DNA of 64,000 nucleotides from Nymphaea colorata (Eukaryota): NCBI RefSeq assembly GCF_008831285.2, contig NC_045138.2:4526001-4590000 (forward strand), read 5' to 3'. The notes under the pieces are model-generated. The model worked only from the letters and a program-made list of their open reading frames with translations. It did not search any database and was not told where the DNA came from. Of this stretch, positions 25,090 through 36,206 are shown piece by piece. Each line of letters starts with the position of its first letter. Position 1 is the stretch's first letter. A program made the position numbers and the translations under genes.

Positions 25090-25535
25090 TAGGATATGTC
25101 AATGGATCCAGATTCAGATTAGATATCTAATTAACCAATCAAACTGCTTAAACAAATTAAGTTTAGATGTAAAAAAGAAATTATAATCCAATTAAGAAAT
25201 GGGATATATTCCAAATTTAAGAAATAATCTAATTCAATTCCTTCTTAAATGAATATTCTAACGAAAAATAATCAATAATATTGTCAATAGGTACATACAT
25301 AATCTGAAAGTATACATAATCTGAAAGTATGTTGTTTTCAATATGTACATACATAACCTGAAAGTTTTAATTGTTAAGCTGTGAACTTAACTGTAGTATT
25401 CTGGTTAGATTCGGATTTAAATTTGGAAGTTAGACTCAAATGTATATAAAGTTTTTCAACTACCAATTAAATTCAAAGTATGCGAACATTCCAATGAACT
25501 TCATGCAATTTGAATACAATACACTGACATTCCTG
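25090..25535. mobile_element. Degenerate hAT-type MITE (ATCCGA-related family)
   Basis: Ends TAGGATATGTCAATGGATCC ... CTGACATTCCTG. Confidence 0.5.
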
Positions 25536-25714
25536 CATCCACCTCTAATATGCTCAACAGAGACAATTTTAATACAGGAGACCCTAAGAAACAACTACTC
25601 ACACTTAATCTACCCCAACAGCCAATTCTCCTCTTGAGTTTCTCACTGTCTCAAAGTTTAAGAGATGAAAATGCAGCTGCTTGAAACCATAGACTGCCAC
25701 TTCCTCCCCTTCTT

Positions 25715-27090
25715 CCTACATGAGAAGATTTGCAGCCAGAGGAGAAGAAAGCCTTAAATCAAGGAAGCCATTCCCCTTATACTGTGCCAATCGCGTTAAC
25801 ATGAAGTCTCCATATTCCCTCCATTAATTCTACTTCTGCCCACGCATTGAATGAATTATGGCCGTTAGATGGTGCAATACTTTTTCTCCGGTTCAGATTC
25901 CTGCATTGCAGAGGAAGAAGAGTATGTTACATCTGACTTCTCATAAATGATTTATATTGAAACATGTTCTTACAGAGAAATACAGCCAGTAACAAATCTC
26001 TTCTTTATGTCGATTAAACCAGTTGGTGCTGCTGACTACATTCAATATGTCTATTGCCCCACTAACATGTCGATTGACATTTGCGACTGTGTCCTGCATA
26101 GTCTTGCTTCTAAGTTAATACAAATGCCACGTTGTGATAAACAAAGAAATGCACCATATCTTCCACGTCCATTTCACCTTGATTTTCTCCTCCCATCATC
26201 AGCGTAAGGCCTCCTTAACACTATTCCAGTTAGCAACTTTAACATCCAACTTGCTACCATTGAACTTCCAGCAGTTCTTCGCCCAGACACATGGTGAGAA
26301 GACGCGAGAGAGGATTCGGCTTGCGACGCAAATTCAACCTCCTGGGTAACACGTTTGGCCAATTGAGAACTCAACCTCCTGCAAATTTCGCTCTCATGCT
26401 GATCTTCCTCAGAAATGATCACATAGGGATGTCCTTCGAGTTCTTCTTTCGTCTCCTCCACTTTCTTTGCATCTCTTATGATCTCCTTCCAAGATTTTAA
26501 CAGAGGCAGTCTTCCGGTGTGATCGCTCACCCCATTCAATTGATTGGTCTCCGTTTCTGTATTTTCCCTTGTTGAAATTAGGGATATCCAGCCTCGCGTC
26601 CATGACAAATGAAATCCACGAGATAAAAAAATCAATAGCTTCAGAAAAAAGACAGCATGCTAGAAATCCATTATTAAGAAAAGTGAAAAAGAGGGAGAAC
26701 ATGCAGCATCGGGGTTTGAGAGCTTAAGTTTCCTGCAACCCTTGTAGGAGATGCTGCGTCGGTTCATGAAGAAGAAGAACACCATAAAACCCCTCTGCGG
26801 CTCTGCCACCGCCGAAAATGCGTGCTGAAAATGGGCATGGGCCGAGGGAGAGACGGGGCGGAAAAAGCGAGCAGAGAGAGAGAGAGATTGAGTATCACCA
26901 CCACAAGCCGCCGCCCAGGAGCCGCTGGAAGACTCCCTGCTGAGGATCTGCTGGAGGACGCCCACTGAAGAGCTGCTCGAAGACGCCCACTGAAGAGCTG
27001 CAAGCAATGTTGCAGGAGGAAACGAATCGACTATGTCCGGGGAGAGAAACAGAACGGCTCAGAATGGAATTTCTGGCTCCCCCGCCTATC
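25715..27090 (-). pseudogene. Spliced gene or pseudogene of unidentified family
   Basis: GC-richer blocks bounded by canonical splice sites on the minus strand: ~26638-26178 (open frame, HPYVIISEEDQHESEICRRLSSQL; donor AAG|GTGAAA), ~26092-25973 (TATGCAG|, DTVANVNRHVSGAIDILNVVSSTNWFNRHKEEICYW; donor GTAAGA) and from 25900 (ATGCAG|; one frame has WREYGDFMLTRLAQYKGNGFLDLRL after in-frame stops). A CT-containing leader-like block lies at 26.7-27.1 kb. I do not recognise the family. Confidence 0.4.
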
Positions 27091-27482
27091 ATGTTCTTTT
27101 CCGCCCCAAATAAATGAATGAAATTTAATCACTTCACCTGGAAGCTTAAAAGACCTTCATCTAATACCCGACTATTTGATATATCAAATGCCATACTAGA
27201 GCCAATTACCTCTTTACTTAATCTTTGTAATACCGCTCCTTGAGATTTACAATGAAAAGTAGCAGTCCCGGGTAAGAACTTGGAAAACTGGATTTTGTCC
27301 ATCCTAAATGCTGAACTAATTAGTTACCCAATTCTTGTTCTACATGAAATATAGTAATTGATCACTTAAAAGAGGGTTAATAATCAATCCAGCCTTTTCG
27401 CCCAGCCATTTAGCGCTTACACATATATATATAATCAGTTTCGTTGACTTTCTCCATCTATTTCAAATACATGGTCCTGATT

Positions 27483-27581
27483 AGATGGTTGGGTGACTTT
27501 AAACTTTCAAAAACACATACACACATATATAGACGGTTGGGTGACTTTAAACTTTCAGAAACACATACACACATATATAGA
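27483..27581. repeat. Tandem duplication, 2 x 48 bp
   Basis: aga(t/c)ggttgggtgactttaaactttca(a/g)aaacacatacacacatatat occurs twice in tandem. Confidence 0.9.
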
Positions 27582-28519
27582 CTTTGGTGAATATATAGTC
27601 ATCTTTTATCACTCTCCTCCCCACTATATAAACAATACTAGCCTCCCTTTTCCAACCCTTGACAAAATATTATATTTCTAAGCTGCATGAACCACAATCT
27701 TCCCATTGTCATATTTTTGCAAGTTTGGTGCACGGATTATTTCAAGCCCAAGAATACGCCAAAGCCTTCAACACGCAACCAAATTCCGCAAGCAAACTTT
27801 GAAGACATACCCAAGTTTAAGAGCCAAAATCAACACAAAAGCACCAAGGCTCACGATCAGACTACCCAACAGCCGGCTGTTGTAGATTGCTTCGACGCTC
27901 ATTGACTACCCAACATCTACACATACGTTAAGGACGTCGATAAAATACATGTATATGGGGCAAGGAATGGTTTTACTGTAAAAATACATGCGACTCCACC
28001 TTCTCTTCCAACAAATTGGTTACAATCCCCAACAAATGAGAAGTAGCTGTTTCTGCAAGTGCATCGATTACTATTGCCATCTCCTCCGTTTCTTAGCAGA
28101 TGGAAGAGCAGAGGAAGAGAAGCAATTCTTACCCAATGGAAGGGAAGGAAGCCATAGAAAGATCAAACTAAAGATAAGGAACCATGAAATTTCTGATATC
28201 TGAAATAGGCAGAGATCAGCAGCTGAGAGAAATGGAGATGCCGACAGTTCGAGCAACCCTCCCTTCGCCTACCCTCGCTTCGGAATTCGGGTTCCGACTA
28301 ATATTATTTGAGAATTAAGGAAAAAAGCATGACTTATAAAAATTATACAAATATATATAGTAACTGAATTTATAGCTGTGGTTGTGCACCTGAATTTGAA
28401 TCCAATGGAAAGTCCACATGTATTTACAAAATTTTGTATAAATTTTTTGAAAAATCTCGTTAAAAATTTAAAACTATAATTCAGTCTTTTTCATGAAATT
28501 TTTTTTGCGCCACCCTTAA

Positions 28520-29172
28520 TCCACCAAGACTTGGGCTGGAGGAACCCCTTGAGAGCGGTAGGCTTTTCAGATTGTTGAGGCACTGCCAGTAGCCTCCCAT
28601 ATTGATCATTTCCTTAAATCAGGAACCATCCAAGAACAATGTCTCCAGTTGGAGGAAACTCCACAGCCGCTCTGGTATCCTTCTCAGAGTGAAGTCCTTA
28701 AAGTTCGCATCTTAGCCAACACACACTCAATTGCTCGCAGTTTTTCACTTCGAGACGCAGAAGGCGTCACAGCATGTCAGCTAATTGTCTGAGTCCGTAA
28801 TAGCTTAGGTCAAGATATTTTAGAAGTGCAAGATCTTAAGTGAAATTTGGCAACTCATTGATTTTACATCGCTTCAGGTGAGCACGAAGTTAACAACTCA
28901 CCACTTTGAAGATGAACCAAAGGCCTCCCCATTCCTCTAGTATAGGATCCTGGACCACATTGAAACCTGGGTGAAGTATGATATACACTTTAATTTGAGT
29001 ATCACAATCTCATTTTTTAGAGTAGCACCTATATGAATCGAACATGCAATGTGCATTCTACTTGTAAGTTTGCCAAGCAGCTACGCTACGGTCCTTGAGA
29101 AGATTTTACATCCCTTCATTGACGATACACTCAACCACTTTATCTTGTTGAGGTGTGCATTTATTGTTGACT
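28520..29172 (-). pseudogene. Scrambled NLR LRR-region remnant
   Basis: Minus-strand fragments and their paralog matches: KIKWLSVSSMKGCKI (NLR2 KFKWLRVLSLMRCQI); LGKLT; CKINELPNFT*DLALLKYLDLSY; QLADM; RIPERLWSFLQLETLFLDG*..MGGYWQCLNNLKSL (NLR1 KVPDWVWGLTQVEEIWL..GGHWQNFKQLKGL). Confidence 0.8.
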
Positions 29173-29178
29173 TGCACG

Positions 29179-29619
29179 TAGAGATATCAATGGATAAGAA
29201 TCGAATATGTCCTTAACCGTATCCATTTTTTCAAATATTCACATATTGACATTCAGATTCAGTTTCGAGTACAAATAAAGAAAAGTCATATCTGAATCTG
29301 AATTTGATCCAAAATCTGATTCCATGAGCTGAATTCGATTTTTGCATTCATATTCGAATCTAAATCCAATTATTGAACCGAATGTGACTGATTTTCAAAG
29401 TGTAAGAAGATAGCATATATGGTGTTTATTCAAAATTAAATCCGACCCAAATCTGAATCCGATCAAACATCTATTCGAATTCGAATCCTATGGGATGTCA
29501 TTTTCTAAATCCGAATATGATCTGATTTATCATTCGGATATTTATTTTTTTCCATATTCAATTATTTCGGAACAAATCGATTGGATATCTGATTCAAATT
29601 GAATATATTGACGTTTCTA
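29179..29619. mobile_element. hAT-type MITE (ATCCGA family)
   Basis: Ends TAGAGATATCAA ... TTGACGTTTCTA with a degenerate TSD (cttgcacg/attgcaat); colinear with 11051-11462. Confidence 0.7.
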
Positions 29620-29944
29620 ATTGCAATCTCCCCCTCCTAACCCTCAGAAAAATTTAATTTATGTATTGGATATGCTGCTTGGTCATGCCCTATGTTGAAA
29701 TACATTTAGATTCATGATATCCAAAACTTTTTTACACAATAAAATTAGACAAACAAGAGATTAACAAGAAATCAGGTCGCACCACTATTGATGGGAAAAT
29801 TCATGTGAATGACAGAAACATCTAGAATTGGAGAGGAAAAAGAAGCAGCAATAAGAATGTAGCTAATCTGGACAACAGAAATGGTGGTGTATGGAATGGT
29901 AGAAAGAGTGTGGAAGCCGAGGGCCGAGACCATTGAAGACTAAC

Positions 29945-30260
29945 CAACCGAATTGATGGCTAAATTACTCTGCGGGACAAGGATGTGTGAAGATGGCTGG
30001 ATGTCCTTTTCACATTAAAACTACTTTTTGTCCTGTTTTCTAAATTAAATGGAGACAGTTGTTGCATGCACTCTCTACCACTGGTAAGGCAATAATGTGG
30101 TGGTGGAGCTAATCAAATGGACTCACTCACTCGACTTGATTTTTATGAGGGGAGGGCCGAACTCTACAACTCAATTGTAATTGTCAGCATGCAGCCTGGT
30201 CTTTTTCTTTATTTGTTGCTTTGCTTTTCTTCCTCTATATCTGAAAATTGCTTCTCTTTC
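29945..30260 (+). promoter_or_regulatory. Orphan copy of the NLR2/NLR3 upstream and 5'UTR block
   Basis: Aligns with the reverse complement of ~38975-39290 and with ~47190-47390 (ggatgtc(c/t)tttcacattaaaac ... aat(a/c)atgtggtggtggag ... tgaa(a/c)attgct(t/c)ctct). It stops ~30 nt before the equivalent ATG. Confidence 0.7.
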
Positions 30261-30261
30261 A

Positions 30262-30490
30262 TTGGGGCCTGTTTCAATCAATAAATTTATTGGATCAACT
30301 TGCACATGCAGCTTTCCCTTTCTTCCATATATGGAAGGCAAGACCATGTGACCATCCTCTTCTAACTTTCCATGCAAAATTGCATTGTTGATGTCCATTT
30401 GCTGCAATATCCATCCACATTTTATTGCAATTGATGATAAGTACCTTATAGCAACCATCATCTCCACAACCGTTGTGAAGGACCAAGCAG
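30262..30490 (-). mobile_element. Ty1/Copia reverse transcriptase fragment
   Basis: VVEMMVAIRYLSSIAIKCGWILQQMDINNAILHGKLEE...Y*LKQAP matches the Copia RT motifs QMDVxNAFLHGxLxE and YGLKQAP. Confidence 0.8.
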
Positions 30491-31299
30491 CCGATGGCAG
30501 GGGTGAACAGCTTATATGTATTATCGTGACTCCGTTTAGGATTAGCAGTTCTTGGTCTCCCAGCTCCAATTCTCAATGCACTTCGAATTTTGGAAAGGAT
30601 GAATAAATGGAGGTTGACCTGATGATTCTCCACTACATATCTCCACTTAGTTTCGGTCCTGAATCCAGTCATTCTTCAGCAGCCTTAGCGCTTGACTACC
30701 CATGATCTCCATGCGCACATCTTGAAGGACGCTAGTTTTTCCATGACCTCTCCGCAGTTTCATCGGCTCTTCAAGAGCAGATTTTCTTTCTTTTTCCTCC
30801 AATTCTAGATGTTTCTGTAACTGACATGAATTTTCCATCAGCAGCATCATGACCTGTTTAACTTTCTTTCCAAACCGGTCAAAAAACAAGGCAGTGGAGC
30901 ACGTGAGAAAAATACTAGCTTGTTGATGAATTTTGGATCTGAGTTGTACTAAAGAGGAAATTTGTTAGTTTACAATCTCTTTGAAATATATGTAATCAAT
31001 AGAAGGAAGGGGAGATTTGTTTTAAACTCTTGGAAGCCTATTTCCTTTGAAACCTAATAGAATGTAGAACTCTTGCAGGAAGATTCACTTCACTCAATTT
31101 AAAAGCATAGATTCTTGAAGTGATTCACCCTTCATGTGAAATAACGGCCATATGAGCCTAAGAATTTGTAAAGACGCCAATGGAGGGTGTTAGCACGTAA
31201 GGAAATGAAGGACATCAATGGAAAGTTGACATTACTTTAGCTCAACCTTATGAGATTCTTATTGCATAATAATAGGTCTATACCCGTGACAGAGGTTCA

Positions 31300-31830
31300 A
31301 CATTCACCATCTGTGCCTCGAATGCGTCTTTCCTGAATGCCTACACAGACTGCATTCCATGTTCTTGTCATTAATATATCAGGGGTCAAAGTACCTCTAT
31401 TCATTTGATTGTGATTTTACATCAGCTAGTTATGTAAAATGTTTTTTGGACATGTATTAACACATTTTTGAGATATCTTTATGAAGTTTTCAAGGTTCAT
31501 TCATACAAATTTTACCCCTTGTCGGAGATATTACAGTTCTCATTTTCATAGAGACATGTACTTTATTAAATAATGTTGTCGTATACAGATAACATTATCG
31601 CTCTTTTGACGATCACATGCTTACGAGCCCGTAGAATTGTGCTGCAGGTGACTTCTTCTATGCATAGTGAGCTGTAACTTGTTAGGTAACCCATCAATAT
31701 CTTGAATGAGTACAACTGAATTTCTCTGCCCAACTGGTTTACTGTTTTCATTAATCTTGGGAGTTATTATTACTATGGTCTTTTTCTACCTTTTGTGAAA
31801 CCCAAAAGCCTGGTCATTAATTTGATTTTC
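31300..31830 (-). mobile_element. Possible degenerate CACTA/En-Spm transposase C-terminal fragment
   Basis: Scattered minus-strand peptides QRNSVVLIQ, FYGL, YFDP and TWNAV occur in the order expected for QNSGV...YYG...YxxDP...WxxV, with many stops and frameshifts. Confidence 0.3.
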
Positions 31831-32339
31831 GTAGGTGTTATTCTTCTAAATTGTAAATAATGACAGACACTACTTCCAGAAAGTTCACATAGATTAGAAA
31901 GCAGTCTCAGACCCTAGGAGCCAAGGAGAGCTGCTTCAGCCTCTTTGGGGTATCCCCTCCCAACCATCTATGTTAAAACTTGCTGCTCATCGCTTTGGCC
32001 TATTAGAGGATAGGGAAAGAACAACTGTTGACAGTGACTGTCAAAGGAAGATGCAAGGGGAATCAGGGGATTGCCAGGCTATTGTAGAGACAACAACTCG
32101 ATCTTCAATAATGGTTGGCTTGTGAGCATGAAGAGTTTGGAGTGGGTCATATTGGTTGGCGTTGTGATACTCCTACGAAGAAGCAGGGATGTTGCTTAAG
32201 GGTCTTCTTTTATATGAGTTTGTTATGATGGTTTTTCTCTACTGGTGTGTGCAGATGAAGTTCATTTTTTCATGTTGTTTTACCACTAGTTCTTGTAGTT
32301 TTTGCCTCCAACAGCCTCTTGCTGGCTTTTATAACGTTC

Positions 32340-34575
32340 AGTCTCTCTCTTTCTCTCTCACTCTCTCTCTCTTTGATTTTTCACTGAAAGTCTCTCTTTC
32401 TATTTCTTTTATTAACCCTCTCTTTCTTTGATCTCTCTCTTCCATTAATCTCTCTTTCAGTTTCTCTTTCTCTCTCTCTCTCTCTCTTTAACTTATCTCT
32501 CTTTTAAATCTCTCAATCTTTGATACCTCTCTTAAATTCTCTTTCTTCTCTTTTATAATCCCTCTCTCTTTGATTTCTAGATCTCTTAAAATCACTCTTG
32601 CTGTTGCGTTTATTGTTACCTTTTTCTATCTCTCTCGCTTCAATTTCTCTATTAATTTTGTCCCTTTTATTAATATCTCTCTCTCTTTGATCTCTTTTTC
32701 TCTGTTTACCCTCTAGGGATTTTTCTCTTAAAATCTCTCTTTCTCTCTCTTTTATTAATCTATCCATCTCTTCAGAAAATCCCTTTCTCTATCGCTTTTA
32801 TTAATCTCCCTCTCTTTGTCTTCAATTTATCTACTTTTTTAAAACTCTCTCTTTCCCCATCTCTCTCTTCTATTTCTCTCTTTAAATCTCTTTTTCTCTC
32901 TTTTGTTAATATCTCTCTATCTCTCTTCCATTTCTCTCTTAAAATCTCTATACCTTTCTTTATCTCTCTTGATTTTTCTCTTAAGATCTTTCTCTCTCTT
33001 TGGTTTTTCTCTTTTCAATTTCTCTTTTACAATATTTGTTCTCTCTCTTCAATTTGTCTCTCTTTCTCTTTCTCCCTCACATCTCTCTTAAAATCTCTCT
33101 TTCTCCCTCTCCTTCTTTGTCTTTGATTTCTCTTTGTTGTGTTCTTTGATTTCTTCTGAAATTCTGTCCCTCTCTCTTTTATCAACCACACAGTCTCTCT
33201 TTTTAAAATCTTTATCTCGTTCTCTCTCTCTCTCTCTCTCTCGCTCTCCCTTTCATTTTACACATATCTCTTTAATTCTCTCTCTCTCTCCCTCCCTCTC
33301 TTTCTAGATTTTAATTTCCCATTATCCTTGGTCTAAAATCCATTTCTTAAGAGCCACACATCTTTCCAAGCAAAACAACCAGCATTTCCACATCCAACCA
33401 AAAAAACGAAGAAAGAGAGTGAGAGATTAATAAAAGAGAGGAAAAAAAATATTTTAAGAGATAATCAAAGAGAGGGAGAAAAAGAGATTTGCTTTAATAA
33501 TGTGATATCATAATTTTGATAGAAATTAAGATTGTAAGTTTAAGAAATCATTTTAGAAATTTACCTACTTCATCATTTTTTATATAGGCTGGAAATAAAC
33601 TAGGGATCATGGGAGAGCTTAGCTAAGTCTATAAAGCTCCCTTAGGGGCTTATTTTGAAAGACTATTGAAACTTGTTTAAAATTATCAATATATACATAT
33701 AAGGATTTTTTTTATATATGTGTAAACCTTAAAGAAAGTATCTCCTTTTATCTTAGAGATTTGATAATATATCTCTTCCATCGTTGAGTATGGGAGGAAG
33801 TGTCTATTTTAGAAGATGTTGATGAAAGTAACTACTCTTATGCCTTATTGTGCTTCAATTTAATCCATAATGTACATCTTTATAAAATTTATTCTTTTGA
33901 GACTACTAATAGGATGGTCAATAGGTAGATATTAAGAGAATTATGATTAAAAAGTGGTTAAAGATGTGGTTTAAAACTGAAAAAAAGAAATAGATATTTT
34001 AAAAGAGAAATCAAAGAGAGAGAGAGATCAATAAAAGAGAGAAGAAAAATTTAAGAGAGAAATCAAAGAGAAAGAGAGAGAAATCGAAGTGAAACTAGCA
34101 AAATAGAGAAAAAAGAGTTTAAGAGAGAAATCAGAGAGAGAGAAAGCGAGAGATTAATAAAAACAACAGAGAAAGATATTTTAAAAGAAAATCAAAGAGA
34201 GAGAGGAACATAGATTTCAAGAGAAAATGAAGAGAGAGATTAATGAAAGAGAGAAAAGAAAAATTCTAAGAAAGAAATTGGAGAGATCAATAAAAGAGAG
34301 AGAAAGAGAGATTTTGAGAGAAATCCAAAAGTGACAGAAGAGAGTAAAAAAAGTAGGGAGAGAAAGAAAGAGAGAGAACTAGAAAAGAGAAATAGAGGTT
34401 AGTAAAAGAGAAAGAAAGAAAGAAAGATTTTAAGAGAGAAATCAAAGAAATAAAGAGAGAGGAAGGGATAGAGAGAGAAAAAAAATCAAAAAAATGAAAG
34501 AGAGAGAGAGAGAGACGAAGGAAGATTAATAAAAGAGAGAAAAAAAGAGATTTTAAGAAAGAAATAGAAGAAAAA
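32340..34575. repeat. Bipartite low-complexity region: CT-rich array (32340-33310) and complementary GA-rich array (33990-34575)
   Basis: The left arm repeats motifs such as tctctctttgatttctctcttaaaatctctc and ttttattaatctctc. The right arm repeats their complements, ttttaagagagaaatcaaagagag and gagattaataaaagagag. Confidence 0.8.
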
Positions 34576-35485
34576 TGACTTCTTAGAGTGCACACTTAGG
34601 CACACTTACTAGCTAAATGTGCATGAAAGAAGCCATTTTGTAGCTATTGGCTCTGCTTATAAGGAACCGAATCCCCACCTCCCCCATTTAATTGAAGCAG
34701 CTTCAATATATAATGCCATAAACACTTCTTGAAAAACCTTAGAGACCAACCTTAAAAGAATGACGATTCAGCACGAATCGGCTGATTTATGACTGATTCA
34801 ATGGATTAGATAAAAAAAATTTGTTGAATTTTGGAGGCTCATGAATCAGCAATTGCATTTGATTCGGATGAGCTGATTCAGGCCAATTCAAACCGATACT
34901 ATCAAGATGATGCTTATATAGATGATGATGGAAAATGACAATGGATGACCCGAAGGTGACAGGTCTGGTGGTTTTGGTGCAAAACTGGTTATGTGCATAC
35001 AATGATGACCAAAATACTCTTGATTAAATGAGAAGGAGAGAAACTGGTTTTGTGCACACCTCTATGCATGCAGAGGAGTGTGTAATGACCAAACTGCTAA
35101 TAAAGTGAAAAAATGAAGATGTTAAAAGTATGAAAACGAGATTGTAAAAAAGTAAAAAGACTAAAATGTAATATCATTATCTAAAATTTTTAAAATACCC
35201 CCACCCTCTCTATTTTTTGTGGGTTGCATATTTGTTGCATGCACAAAATAGTGAGAAAAAAAGTTAAAATTTTTTTATAATGAAATGTACTTTTTAGTAT
35301 TTTACAAGGATAAAAGAGATATGAAAAAGTTAAAAAGTGTAAAAAGTAGATTTCTTTATTAAAAAAATTCCTAAAATACCTCAACCCTACATTTTTTTGG
35401 TGAGGCTGGATGGAAGGGAGAGGCCAAGATGAGAGAGAGAGAGAGAAGTTGGACATAAAAGCCTTGTGGTCCCTCTCGTTAGATT

Positions 35486-35522
<37 letters not shown>

Positions 35523-35790
35523 GGACGCTTTGCTTGTTGTTTCCAGTGTTTCGGACTTCAACGGTAGCAATTTATCGATCTTTTACATTGTGGTAGACAG
35601 TGCACTCAACTTTGGGAGCCGAAAAAACGTGACATGAAAAATTTACAAGACCGAATAAAACGAGAGAGAGAGAGAGAAGTCGATGAAATGCAAAAGATTC
35701 ATATTTAACCAAAAAAAAAAGTTACAATCTGTCACCGCTTTTAAAAACCACACACATTTCAGATAAGAAAACCCCAATATGTGCTAATTG

Positions 35791-36206
35791 TTAACTTTTC
35801 CCCGAGACGGTCGAGTGCAGGACATCTGAAAATCCCCAACAAGCTTTCAGGCGAGACAGGCGATCTGTTCCTTTGCGTCCGTGGGACATCTTGTTCCTGT
35901 TAGACCTGGACACCTCCAATGGCTTGAGAGCAGACATGTCAACTACTTGCTGGAGGCTGCCATAGTTTTTCACCTCCAATGACTTGAGAGCAGCATGTCA
36001 GCTAATTTCTGAAGGCCGCCACAATCTTTCACCTCAAACGACTCCAAGGCAGGCATGTTAGCGATTGTCTTCAGTTTATTAGATGCGTACACTTTCAAGC
36101 GCTTGAGAACCGGCAGGTCTTGTGGTAATTGCTCTAGGCTGCCACAATTTCTCGCCTCCAACAACTCCAAGGCAGGCATGTTAGGGAGAGCCTTCAGGCT
36201 ATTAGA
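35791..36206 (-). pseudogene. Disabled LRR tail of NLR2
   Basis: After the TGA the same frame reads SNSLKALPNMPALELLEARNCGSLEQLP...MPALESFEVKDCGGLQKLADM. A 1-bp deletion near 35993 then shifts to ALKSLEVKNYGSLQQVVDMSALKPLEV...*. Confidence 0.8.

Noticed and set aside
24600..27581. Short direct repeats (65, 23 and 48 bp) as a CRISPR-like array
   Set aside because: Each is a two-copy tandem duplication without unique spacers, in eukaryotic DNA with no cas genes.
30647..30889. 80-aa ORF superficially like the trihelix GT-2 central helix (FFDR...QKHLE..ER...EE)
   Set aside because: The similarity is weak, it has no ATG start, and its core is the inverted copy of non-coding sequence at 29790-29843.
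32513..34595. Charged or Leu/Ser/Phe-rich ORFs in the CT/GA arrays
   Set aside because: They are compositional artefacts of low-complexity repeats.
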